Assembly (NCBI GenBank): GCA_043228905.1
Contig: JBHGNT010000002.1
Location: 15,872,001-15,936,000 of the forward strand
Direction of reading: 5' to 3'
Length of the DNA: 64,000 nucleotides
Source: Azolla caroliniana
Lineage: Eukaryota; Plantae; Polypodiophyta
Shown: positions 13,001-25,802 of the stretch, piece after piece
How positions within the stretch are numbered: the stretch's first letter is position 1
Layout: every line of letters begins with the position of its first letter
The notes under the pieces: generated by a model
Told to the model about the DNA's origin: nothing
Database searches by the model: none
Seen by the model: only the letters and a program-made list of their open reading frames with translations
Made by a program: the position numbers and the translations under genes

Positions 13001-15199
13001 ATTAAATGATACTACATACACCAAGTTATCTAGGACAACTTGAATCGACTTTGACTCCTCTATGATTTTTCTAGAAGCAATGGGACGACCATCAATAACT
13101 ACTACAGATGTTGGGCAAGAAAGTTTTATTAGGGATATCCGATGAGCTTGGGCAAAATTCCTATCCATGAAGCAAGAGTTGGCTCCGGAATCTAAGAGTG
13201 CTAAGACATGTATTGGAGGAGTACTTTTAGTACCAACCATTACTTGTGCTAAGAACACTTTGCTAACTTGCTTAGAGGAAATTGAACCACTAATGGCTAC
13301 ACAGATCTAGACTTAATCATTTAACTCTTATTCTAGTTGCCTAAGGATTTCAAATTTGTTTGAAAGGCTTGGGCTATTAGGACTATCAGTCACACCTAGA
13401 GAAATATACTCGGGTTTAGTACTATTAGTACTAGCGGTTATTTGACTTACCTGCCTTCTTGGCTGATGGGGACAATTCACTGCAATATGCCTTGGTCCAC
13501 CGCAATAAAGACATAATCGATTTGCTCGGCGCTACTGCTTTTCTTCTTCCGATAGTGGTCTGCAACGACGTGTGGTGTCAATTTCCATTGGAGTCGGAGT
13601 ATTTGTTGGAGACGTATTAAACGACTCCCTTGGGAAATGCTTTGCTACAACTGAAGCATAGGTGGGCTCCGATCTTCCCCTCGGCATTTGAAATTGGCAT
13701 TCCGAACGTCGTTTGAAGAGGCGGTTACCGCATCGTACTACGCAATTGATTGCTTCTGTCAATGACTTTGGTTCTTCGAGGAAGGTCAAGAGTAAATCCT
13801 TGACATCATTACGTAGGCCATAACGAAATTGCTCCATTAATGCTTGGTCATCCCAAGGGATATTGGACGCGAGTAGACGGAAATGCAGCGTATGTGGAGG
13901 CTGGACGGTCACCTTGACGTAATCGTCGAATTTTGTTGATTGTTCTCCTTATGCTATCAGTATCTCTCCAAAATAGGCTTTAAACTCACTTAACACGTTA
14001 ACGTTCAAAAGTGGAAGGATCACGCATTCCACTTTTAGATTCCCTTTGTAGCCACACAATTTTAGCCTGTTGTGAAATCGGACGTGCACCAGTATCACAT
14101 GATCAACCAAAGATGGTGAATTTATTGATTTATTAATCCGATGCATCTCTATACCTAGAGAACATGCTATTTATTGGGCAAAATATAAATGTATGAGATT
14201 TATTTTTGCAATGTTTACAAATTTAGGGTTGGGGTTTACCGCGCATTCATTTGATACAAATTAGTTATTTGAGGAAAGCATTAACAAATAGGGATTCCAT
14301 TTTCGTGAGATGTAAAGTGCAAAGGTTTACAATGGTTAATCTTTCCAAGACACGTGTATATGCTATTTGAGAAATTGATATTTACATATTATTGAATACA
14401 ATACATCGCAATTAATCCTTAGTAAACATCATTAGGATATAATACCAAATGTATATGTTCATGACAACACATGAAAATTAGAAGTAGAAAACGTACTCAT
14501 AACTATTAGTTTGCATGACATTAGACATAAAAGAATATACCCAAAACATATATGACAATTATTAAGGCATAGGCAGTGCTAAACTTTTGGGTGCCAAAAT
14601 AGAGACAACACTACAGTAGTAACGTTGAAGCATGTATTAAAATTTTCATTTTATTGTCTACACATAAACACTAAATCAAGAAGTTAAACACATATATACA
14701 AATGAAGTACTAATAATCTATACATAACACACATTGATAGCCCTCCATACATCCAGTCCAGACAACCATCAACCATAGAAACATGATTGTTGTTGTATAA
14801 TCCCCTTCAATAAAGCAAATACTCCCCAATATCTACAAATGCCTCCTTCAATCCCACTATATGTTATGTATCATAAGAATTTATCATAGTTATTCTATAA
14901 GTATAATAAATTCAAAAAGTGACTGACAATAACAAATATTGGTATAAGTTTTACAAACACAATTGATGGGTAAATATGAAGGATAAACATACATTTTGTT
15001 TGATCTTAACTATAAACGAAAATGATGGTCCAACGAATTTAATAGATATGTGCAACAAGATATAAACATATCAACACATTAATTAAAACATAATATAACA
15101 CCATATAAACACATAGATTGGATCATATTAAGAAATAGAATTGATTAAAAGATAGTTGATCAAAAGTAAAAACATCAAAAGTATTTTTATAAAGTCTAA

Positions 15200-18100
15200 C
15201 TACATCGCTAGAAGAGTATCCATATCATTGGTTTCATCATCAATCGGTGAACTATCATCCACATTCAGCGCAGTAGTATCCACTCCAGATAGACTGGCTA
15301 CTTTGGGGTCCTTTATTAAATCATCGTCAAGCTGTACGAGTTCCCCAGGTTCACCAGCCAAAGGAGGGATCGGTTCACGAGACGTAGGCTAGAAACGTTC
15401 AGTATCTGCTATATGCTTGGCCCCTACCTCCTCGTCTTGATCGGGGCATTCCCAAAGTGCTCGAAGCCTCATGTTGATGAAGTTCACCTACTCCTCGTCT
15501 TTCTCCAATGCAAACGAATTTCAGAAAAGCTTCAAAGCACATGCCGAAGTGGTCCCTAAACACCATTAATAAGAAATAATGAGTTTTATAATAGGTCTGA
15601 ATATATATAAACCTTCAACACATTGGGAAAATTAATCGAACATATACATGTGCCAGAAAACAAGTCCAATATCCAGTCATCTTCATTCAAGAACATCTCC
15701 ACAAGGACAATCATTAAACGTTGTGGCTTCTGTTGGGGAAGAAAGTCGTCAATGCGGAAGAACAAACAACATTTGTGATGGTGAAGAACCTCCAATGTAT
15801 GCAATGAGCAATATACAAAGAGAGAGAGAGAGATAGGCACAAAAGAAACGTTATATTTCTCAATATCAACAGTTACAAAATGACAGCCAACAACCTTTAC
15901 TAAAGGTTACAAAGTCACTGTATATAGTGACTAACCTAGGGTAACTGCCCTTTATGCTATTTACAGAAATAGCCCAAACTTGGACTGTCCATAAAGGAGA
16001 GTGTGAATACGGCCATTATACACTCATATTTGACACTCCCCCGTAATGGGTGTATACATGGGTTATACTAAAGTTACAAGTATGTACAAGGTTGTTGGAC
16101 AGATCAGTTTTGTTCGAGTCGGCAGGTTCTTAAGACTGAAGCCCGAACCGGCTAAAGCCCGTATCGGAATAGCTAAAGTTGATCCTCAAAGAACCGATGT
16201 CTATTGTTCGAAACCATCCTGTGTTGTGTGACCGCCTTTAACGATCCACCGAAAGGCACCGGAAACGATCCACCGAAAGACACTTGGTCATTCCATTTGC
16301 GACATTATCGGTTGTGGATATTTTCTCGAGACCGATTTTCCCTGAAATGATGCAGTCCCGAACAAAGTGATATCGAACGTCGATATGCTTGGAGGCATTG
16401 TGGTGAACCAGATTCTTTGACAAAGCAACAACACCCTAACTGTCATTGTAGACAACTGTAGTCGAGTCGAGGTCGACCTGTCGAAACGTCTGCGCCAGCC
16501 GACCGAGCCATAAAGCTTCTTTTGCCGCGTCGGACGCAACTACATATACCGTTTCGGTCGTTGAGGTGGTTGTGCACTCCTAAAGTTTCGACTTCCACAA
16601 GAATGCTCCATTGCCGAATTTGAAACAATATCTGGTTGTTGATTTCCGATTGTCCACGTAGCTGATGAAGTCCGAGTCAGTGTAACCGACTACGCCTGAG
16701 GTTGAGTTCGGGCCAAAAAGAATGTCATGGTCTTTTGTGCCAGCTAGATATCTGAACACATGCTTGACTGCGTTCCAGTGTGATCGGCCTGGGTTGTGCA
16801 TGAATTTGCTGACGACTCCTACGGCGTGAGAAATATCAGGCCATGTCGTGACCATCGCGTACATAAGGGAGCCGATTGTCGGTGCATACGGTACCAACTT
16901 CATATCTTCCCCCCCCGGACTGGATGTCGGGCACTCTCGTTGAGACAGCCAAAGGTTATTGGGGAGCGGGGTCGAAGCATACTTGGCCGAGTGCATGTTG
17001 AAGTGTTCCAAGACACGTCCGATATAGTCGGTTTGAGACAAGAAAAGTTGTCATTTATCGCGATGCCGACTAAACTTCATACCAAGTATGTGTCTTGCCG
17101 AACCGAGGTCCTTTATGGCAAACTTCAACCTCAGTTTCCGAACGAGTTCGGTGAGCTCTCTGGCATGTCGGCCGGAGAGTAACATGTCGTCCACGTAAAT
17201 GATGAGGAAGACGGGAGACCCTTCTTGAGTTGTTTTAGTGAAGAGACAATGGTCCTCATCGCTCTTGGAGAAGCCGACCGACTGGATGAAGTCATCGAAC
17301 TTTTTGTACCATTGTCGGGGTGCCTGTATCAGGCCGTATAAACTCTTCCTGAGTCGGCAGACTAGATGTTCCTGGCCAGATGCCACAAAGCCTTTCGACT
17401 GCTCCATATAGATTTCCTCCTGTAGGTCACCGTGGAGGAATGCCATTTTTACATCTAGCTGAATCAACTCCAAGTTGTCGGCGGCCACGACGCCGAGCAT
17501 GAAACGAAGGGTTGTCATTTTCACCACTGGTGACAAGATTTCGTCGAAGTCGACGCCATATTCCTGTCGAAATCCCTTCGCAACTAATCGGGCCTTGTAC
17601 TTTGGGTTGGTCGAGTCGGACATCTCATTTAATCGATAGACCCACTTACACGGAAGAGCACGTCGATTCTCCAGTAATTCGACCAAATCCCAAGTCTTGT
17701 TTGCGCGAATGGAGTGCATTTCCAACTCCATTGCCAGATGCCAGGTGGCTGAGTCGGCAGATGCCGATGCTTCTTCGTAAGACATCGGTTCGCCCGCGTC
17801 GGTAAAGAAAACTCCGGGATAGTACCTGGCCGGAGGTTGCGACAATCTCTCAGATCTTCGAGGTATGACTGGACTAGTCACACCGGGTATAGATGTTGGA
17901 TGGTTGGAAGCCGAGTCGCTCGGCTGTGTTGAATCGGTGGATTCAATGTGGGAGGTGTCGGTTACCCGTGAAACCGATCTCGTGTTGTGGGTTGGGCCTT
18001 CATGAAAGGTTGGCACTTCGGAGAATATTACCCTTCGGACTTCAATAGGCCTTTTGGCTGTTTTATGCATAGCCAACTCGTTGAACACGACGTCCGAACT

Positions 18101-21005
18101 TTGGACGATTTGTTTGTGCTCGGAGTCCCAAAGTTGGTATCCAATCTCGCCGTCGGGTCCATATCCAAGGAAAACGCATTTCCTTGATCTTGGTTCGAGT
18201 TTCCGGCGATTGTCTTTCAGTATGAGGGCATACGCCTCGCAGCCAAAGATCCTCAGCTTGTCATAATTCGGCTTACTGCCGGTCCATGTTTCCTGAGGTA
18301 TTTTAAGTCCTAGAGGTCTACTTGGCAACATATTTATTATGTGTATTGCTGTAAGTAGAGCCTTCGCCCAAAAGCCATCTGACAGTCCTGAGTGTTGGAG
18401 CATGGATACTATGCGTTCTTGAATCGTCCAATTAATGCGTTCTGCAATTCCGCTCTCCTCCGGACTATACGGTGCCATATATTCACATCAAATGCCGCGT
18501 TCCCAGCAAAACTTGACGAATTCTTCAGACTTGAATTCTCCTCCGTTGTCGGTTCGAAGACATTTCAGTTTCCGACCGGTTTGATTTTCGACCATTGCAA
18601 GCCATTCGGAGAAGATCAAGAACACCCGATCTTTGGTTCTGATGGGGTAAGCCCACACCTTCCGAGTCGAGTCGTCAATAAAACTGACGAAGTACGAAGC
18701 ACCGCCAAGAAACTAATGTGGCATCGGGCCACAGACGTCCGAGTGGACCAAATCGAGAGGACTCGATTCTCTTGGTGCTGATGTCGAGTGTGATGCGGCT
18801 ACCTGTTTGCCGTACTGGCAATGCTCGCAAAATTGGTGATCCGAGAAGGAGAGTTTGGGGATGTAACCGGCTCTGAATAGGTGCGTTATGCCAGCCTTGC
18901 TGAGGTGTCCAAGTCATCCGTGCCATAACGATGACACGGGGATATCAACCAAAAATAAGTCACCCTCTTTGATTGTGACATATAAAGGGTACAAAGATTG
19001 TACCTTTGGTCCTCGAGCAAGCAGGAGGTTCCCTTTGTGGAGTGTCCACCCTCCTGATGAGAACCCAACATGGATGTCGTCTTCGTCAAGTTGTCCGACT
19101 GAAATCAAGGGTGTTGAAAGCTTAGGAACGTGTCGGACGTTCTGTAGTACGAGTGTAGAGCCACCCGGAAAGTAAAGCTCTACAGTGCCGATTCCGATTA
19201 TGGCACAGTGTTGCGAGTTCCCGACTCGAACTAAGTCGGAGTGCTGGTTCGAGTATTGCCGAAACTGAGATCAGTGAGGTGTCACATGATATGATGCGCC
19301 CGAGTCCAGGAGCCATGTGCTCGATTCCTCAGTCGTAAGTAGAACTTCTGATTCGACTGGGTTCTCTATGCACAGTATGTTCGGGTTGGTCGTCAAAATT
19401 TCGGCTGAAGAGCCGACGTAGTTGACTTCCTCATGCCGGCTACTCCTCTGATCCACACTCTGAGCTTTGTCCGTTTTTGCTTTGAGTGCCCGATAGTCGG
19501 CTTTGATGTGTCTCGGTTTCTTGCAGTAGTTGCAGATTCCGATGTCCCGGGACTTGCTCCGGTTTTGCTGATTGTTCGATGGTCGGGAAGAACTTCTTCC
19601 CCGGTTGTTTGATCGGTCGGTCGAACCTTGTACTACGTAAGCTTCATCTGTCGAGTCTTTGGCGAAATACTTTCTCCAAGCTGCATCAATCAGGATTGCG
19701 CTCGTGACTTCAGTGTACTTAACGGCAGCTGTTGAAGCATTGCACAAGGTTGTAACGACAGTTTCCCATGAAGAGGGGAACCTACTCATGAGTATCATTG
19801 CTCTGAGTTCATCCTTGATTGTCGTCCCCTGAGACGAGATTTGGGAGCTTATGCTTTCGTACTCGTTGAGGTGTGCCTGAACCGAATCGGATTCTTTCAT
19901 CTGCAAGTTGTAGAGGTGCCAGATCAGATACATCTTCGTCGCGGCGACATTCTTTTCATAAGTTTCCAACAGTGTTTTCCATAGTTCAAAAGTTGTCGAG
20001 CACGATTGCACTGTGAATTACACTAACTCCGATAGGTGCATTCGAATCGTGGCACGGACGATTCTGTCCAGCTTTAGCCATCTGTTTTCCTTGTATGCTT
20101 CTGGAGGATTTTCATTCTCAATCGGGTCTATCTGACCCTTGACTATGAGATAGTTCTGCATTTGTTCCTTCCAAAAGTTGAAGTTCGAACCGTCGAACCT
20201 CCTTACACTCATCTCCGATGAACTGGATGTTGATGCCATCTGCTTCAGTTTCAGTTGGTAAGACTCGGTTCGAAGTTGACTACGAACCTTAGTGGGGTGC
20301 AGTCAGTTGGCTCACCCGATATCGTTCTAGTCGGTTTTGAACCCGAGTCGGTTTGGTTTCGGATACTTGTTGCCGAACTTGCTCGGAGTGACTCCGGTAA
20401 CTTGAGGGACAGAACCGGCTGGTCTTCCCGAATGTTGCCAAGTCGGAGTGAGCCCGGTTAGCTTCTAATTGTATGCCGAATACCAATTATAGGAAACCGA
20501 TTGTTTGGGCCGACTTTGCTTCGGATGACTGCAGCGATGAGAGGGACGGATCCAACTGATTTTCCCGAATGTCGATTAGCCGAATGAAGAAAAAATTTGG
20601 TTGTTGCCAGGAGACCAATCTGCAGCGGGTGGTTACAACGAGTGAATAGTGTCCGGTGATATATTCGGATGTCATTTAACTGAATGAAGCACAATTGGGT
20701 CGGGTGTTGCACAGGGAGCTCGCCTCAAGTGGTTACAATCACAGGAACAGAGTATAGCCGGCTAGCTTACTCCAATTAGTGATTTAACACAGTGAGATGC
20801 AAACTTCTTGTTTATCTTCTCTCTTCTCTGTTCTTCAAGAAGTTACAAAAAACAAAATGTTGTTGTGTATGATGACGACCGGCAGCGGGTTGAAGAACCT
20901 CCAGCGCTCTGATACCAAATATTGGGGAACAAGGTCGTCAGTGTGGAAGAACAAACAACATTTGTTATGGTGAAGAACCTCCAACGTATGTGAATGAGCA
21001 ATATA

Positions 21006-21041
<36 letters not shown>

Positions 21042-23666
21042 CAAAAGAAATGTTATATTTCTCAATATCAACAGTTACAAAATGACAGCCAACAACCTTT
21101 ACTAAAGGTTACAAAGTCACTATATATAGTGACTATCCTAGGGCAACTGCCCTTTATGCTATTTACAGAAATAACCCAAACATGGGATGTCCATAAACGA
21201 CAGTGTCAATACGGCCATTATACACTCGTATTCGATAGCTTCTGGTAGGGATTCACAAGCCCGCGCTCAATCGTGGTCACATGTCGAAGCTTCCATGTCA
21301 CAGCTGGATATACGAGCAGGTTTGAGCATCCCACCTCATTCGAATGCTCCTTGATTCTTTGCTTCTTAATCTCATTGTAATAACCAACTATAATTACTCC
21401 ATTGCATTAACGAACCGAAAAGTTGGTTCCCTATTTACGTTGGTTTTAATCATGTTCATTGACAAAAGAAGGTATAAGCAGTTTAAATTACAATATATAA
21501 TTCCTATTGAAATAGTGCACTTTCGATATAATCCTTACCAAGAAAGGTTCTCTATTCCATGGCAATGAGACCTCAACACTTGAGCCACGGAATATCCCTG
21601 ATCCATGCTATGAAAGATTACAATCCTCCACAAGGAAGTGGTGGTCAAGTCGGCGAAATCTTTTACCATTTTTTCCAATTGCTTGAACCTAAAAGGTTCG
21701 TCATCGTAAATCGATCCAACCATAAGAAAACCGTAAGGAATATCGGCTACCATTAACATATACTCTTTCTTTGGCAGCTTCTGGATCATGTCAACCACAT
21801 CACCACAATAAACATTGTAGTACAGATCTCTAGTGATGTCTTTTTTGTGGGTTGATCTTCTTGAAGGTGTCGTCGTCTTCCACCTCAAATGCTCTTACCA
21901 AGCGTTGATCCTTCTCTTTTCTGGCCCTTTCAAGATGTGCAAGAAAGGATGTTGGGAAGTCATGTGTATCCTTAATTTCACCCGGCCTCTAACTCCAACA
22001 TGGTTTCTAAAAAAAACAAGACATAAACAAAGTTATTGTCGGTACACGGGATGGACCGCCACAAATTGATCAGACAAAGAGTTATACTCACCCAATCCTT
22101 AAATTGATCAGACGAAGACGTTATCGGATATTCTTCAGTCACTTGTTTCCACGATAAGCAACCTAGTTTCTTCATCATCACTTCTTGTATTTTCATATAG
22201 ACTTTGTGGCTGAAAATTTATAGACCAACAATAGAAATCATGTCTTAACACAAGATAAACCATGAAATATTTAGTAAGAACTTACTTGTTGAACTCAATG
22301 ACCATTTCCTCTAAGCTCATCTCCTTTGCTAGAACTCTTCAAAGCACAGATACAAGAAGCTACTCATCTTTGATCCCTTGCATTGCCCTCCATAAAGACA
22401 GCTTCATATCATCTTCCGCTTCCTCAATGGTAAGCTCGATCTTCTTGGTAAGCTCGATCTTTGTGGTGAAAAAATCTAATGCGTTCGATGGACGACATCT
22501 TCTATCGGTAGTCATTGTCATTATTGTGGTCCCATGCTAACAACTTTGCCTCCTCAGTTGTTAGCCCCACATAAATTTTGCATTCCGCATATTTGAAGAA
22601 GAAAGTTGTGGGATGCTCGCGAACTAATTGTCGTCTTGCCTCCACCAAGTGCGATCCGCCAATTACAAAATAATTGTATTGGTCATGATTCTTAACATCA
22701 AAATCCTCTATCTTAGAGCACTCAAGAGGATCCACCATTACTATAAAAGGCACGACCGTTGCATGTGGATTTATTTTCATCTTCTTCTTTAAGTTTTGGA
22801 CGTGCAGCTTATGTGGTTCTCTGATCTCCAAAGGACGACATCTTGTATTCTCATCCAGAGGGGGGCGATGAATATGGTTTATCGGAAGGTTAAAAACTTG
22901 ACCCTTCCGCACAAGCTTTCAATGGATGATGTCCCTTCTTATTTTATTTAGTTCCGATGACAACACACCAGACGCAAGCTCTGCTCATGGTGTACATCGA
23001 GCCTCATTATCTTCTGTTGAACTCGATGACTTAGAATCTAACATTCTTGTCACCTTCTTTTTTTGAGACCTGGACTGCACAACAGATTTCTTTATTGGTG
23101 CTTTAACAGGCGATAAAGAGCTTGCCTTCAATTTAACATGGCCTTGAATGCATGGCCTCAATATTGTTAGCAGGTTGCTACTTGTCTCAATAGCATTCCG
23201 GAAGAATTCTGGCCCGCATGAATCCTTCAACAAGTAGTCTTCGGAGACGATGATCTTACGAACTCCTTTTGTACAATTGACTAACACAATCAAATTAGTT
23301 GAGTCCGCGTCTTCATAGTCAAGCTGCAAAATTTTGTCATAGCTAAATGACCGATCTTGGGCAAACATCCCACATCCAGCAAGGCTGGTAACTAAGAGTA
23401 CTACCTTCTTTTTCGATTCGACATATTGCAATGCCCACTCGTGTCCAGTTAAGTCTTTGTCCAGCTGGTCTTCAGCTCCTCCAGCCGTGACAGATGTCTT
23501 CTGACTAACTTCGTCAGACGGCTTCCTCACGACTTCATCCTCAAACACGAGTTTCTTTCCCTTTTGCGGATACGTGACAATAGGGATCTTTGTTGTCTCT
23601 AGAGGAGAGCTTTGAAACTTAATCCGAATTCTTTTGAGTGGCTTCTCCTCCATAGGATCAGTCGAC
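15200..23666 (-). pseudogene. Intron-containing ParB/Srx-like domain + beta-class N4-C/N6-A DNA methyltransferase fusion gene, disrupted
   Basis: Exons ~23666-22286, 22209-22092, 22006-21539, 21451-21238 joined to 15725-15648, and 15555-15200. Motifs: YFVIGGSH (ParB-like); YCGDVVDMIQKLP...VADIPYG (motif IV); NPYQKP (motif X); WILDLFSGTxTTSACALKLFxNSFALEKD (motifs I-II). Has stops, frameshifts and a copia insertion. Confidence 0.85.
15731..21237 (-). mobile_element. Full-length Ty1/copia element, family A, inserted in the methyltransferase gene
   Basis: LTRs 15731-16035 and 20920-21237; TSD GCTTC at 15726-15730 and 21238-21242; PBS 20906-20917; PPT 16036-16042; gag-pol 20239-16238 with YVDDML RT motif, broken by stops. 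Confidence 0.96.
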
Positions 23667-24347
23667 CTACATGAAATAATAGAACAATGAACCTAAACCT
23701 ACATTCTCTCAAATAATAATGTATTGTCAGATGGTAAGGTTTGGAAAATGAGAATTCAAAAAATAGTTTGGCCTCATTAAGCTCTTGCCTAACAACTTGT
23801 GTAAGGGACATACTTAAAGGGTGTACTAATAAGTTCGAGAACCTAGTAAGAGGCACTGGAAAGGGAGTTCAGATAACGGAATAGTGAAACCTAAACCTAT
23901 ATCCTCCTAGCTGGCAATGGTGGTAAGGTTGTAAGGTGTATGGTAATGTTTTGCCCTCACTTCAGTCTTACAATATGCACATTCCTAGTAAGTGAAGGTG
24001 GTATGGTGTGCCAAATTAGCAATTGGGCCTCATTTCAGTGTTACAATAAGCACATTCCTAGTAAGTGGTGTAAAGGACTTGTGGGATGGGGGAAACAGGG
24101 TTAGAAACCTAAGAACTTGATTACAGGGCAAGATAAATGTATCTCTAAGTTCTCTAAACCCTCAAATTACTAGAATTTACACATCCCCATCAGTGTCCAG
24201 ATCTCAGATCGCAGGCCAAATTCTACTGTATTTTGACCTTAATTCAGAATTTCGTTTCTACTTCTTATTTTTAGCCTAATGTTTGCTTTCGCGTTTCTAT
24301 GTACATTCATAGTGTGGTCTAACTGCCCTAGTGGCTCTGTGACCCTC

Positions 24348-24690
24348 AACTCGATACGGTATATCGAGTTGGGGGTCCCAACTCTTTATAGTGTATCGAG
24401 TTCTGGTGTTAGGAGCCTCAACTCGATACGGCGTATCGAGTTGGGGATCACAACTCAATACGCCATATCGAGTTGAGGCCCTAATACCAGGAACTCGATA
24501 TGATGTATCGAGTTCTTACACTTAACTCGATACATCATATCGAGTTCTAGCCCTTAGGTCAAGAACTCCATATGATGTATCGTGTTAAGTGTCAAAACTC
24601 GATACCTCGTATCGAGTTCTTGCTCTTGGAGCCACAACTCGATACATCGTATCGAGTTGTGACCTTCAAGTTGATACATTGTATCGAGTA
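24348..24690. repeat. Array of ten 23-bp palindromes AACTCGATA-N5-TATCGAGTT with alternating 9/17-bp spacers
   Basis: Copies start at 24348, 24380, 24420, 24452, 24492, 24524, 24564, 24596, 24636 and 24668. Confidence 0.95.
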
Positions 24691-24701
24691 GGGGTCACAA
24701 G

Positions 24702-25802
24702 TGTTACATCTCATATGGTGGTGAGCGAAATGCCAAAGTGTTAGCACCATTAAATAATATAAGTTTCAACCACGTATTCTTAATAATAATAAATGATCAT
24801 AGTGACTGTACATTATTATATGCAAAGCAGTATTCATCCTCCCCCCAATGGGAGCCTGAAGGCGGGTGTCAGTTTCTACTTCATATGCCTTCTACTTTTG
24901 TTTATGGTGCAGGACAAATGCCGATTGAGACTAAAAAAGTGGTCACCAATGTACTAGCTAATAATCAAAAGGATGTTTGGATGCAAGCGCTACAAGACAA
25001 ATGCAAGAACATTGACAATGCGAAGAAGTATGTTGGGGAACAAGACACGTCATGGTGGGATGTGTTCTTTATAGATCAAGAACAAATTGTTGACAATTGT
25101 GTCCTTGGTACTTGGACCATGCAAATCCCCTTCACATGGAATATACAACAGTGTCGTAATTCTCAGACTTCTCCTCTTGCAACTAATGTGATTAATGATA
25201 GCTTGCTCAATCTACCACAAAGGGACATATATGTTGGACCCAGGCTAACGAAAATAGCGGAAACGAGGTGGCAAGGAAACTTGCAAGAATTGGAGGTGGG
25301 TATGTTAGTTGCTACACCTGCTGATGATAATGAGCTGGGACATCAATTTTGGATTGGTAAGGTTTTAGATGTGGTGATGCATGAGAACCAAAGACAAATC
25401 TAGTCTATAAAGGTGCATTGGTACAACACTAGAAGTAGAAATGCCTTTATCGGCAAGTATGCATTAAAGATGATGGAATGTCCATGGTCAAGGGGGATTA
25501 GAAAGAGGAAAAGAAATATTTGTAGCACTTCATGCCTAGACATTGGTGACGTAGATATTATTGTTTACGACTTCACACGAACAAAAGTTGGACATCTCAA
25601 GAAGTCTACAATAGATATCATCAAGGAGAAATTACCTATTCTACAAGGGGTCTCAAGTCGAAGGCAAACAAGATCGTCAACACATAACATGGAATGTCAA
25701 CATCTAGTTTTAGATGAAGACAATGCCTTAATAGGTACATCCGAAGATGACGAGGAACAATCCACATTGTATATTAGTTATAGTAGCGACTCTGGATCAT
25801 GA
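24702..25802 (+). pseudogene. 5'-truncated ORF, probably the C-terminal half of the element's transposase, ending in a Tudor/SH3-like barrel
   Basis: ORFs 24738-25403 and 25413-25802 are one frame split by a TAG; HVF...YAKQYSSSPQWEP segment and VGMLVA...FWIGKV...VHWY barrel; acidic tail; no DDE core visible; lies inside the TIRs. Confidence 0.5.

Noticed and set aside
14700-14900. Possible extra small - strand exon inside the DNA transposon
   Set aside because: Short, contains stops, and has no recognisable motif or clear splice sites
15200-23666. Bacterial or phage contamination as the source of the MTase
   Set aside because: The gene has GT-AG introns, carries a plant copia insertion with TSD, and lies inside a plant gypsy element
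24348-24690. CRISPR array
   Set aside because: Spacers are only 9 and 17 bp and partly related to each other, repeat centres vary, there are no cas genes, and the context is eukaryotic
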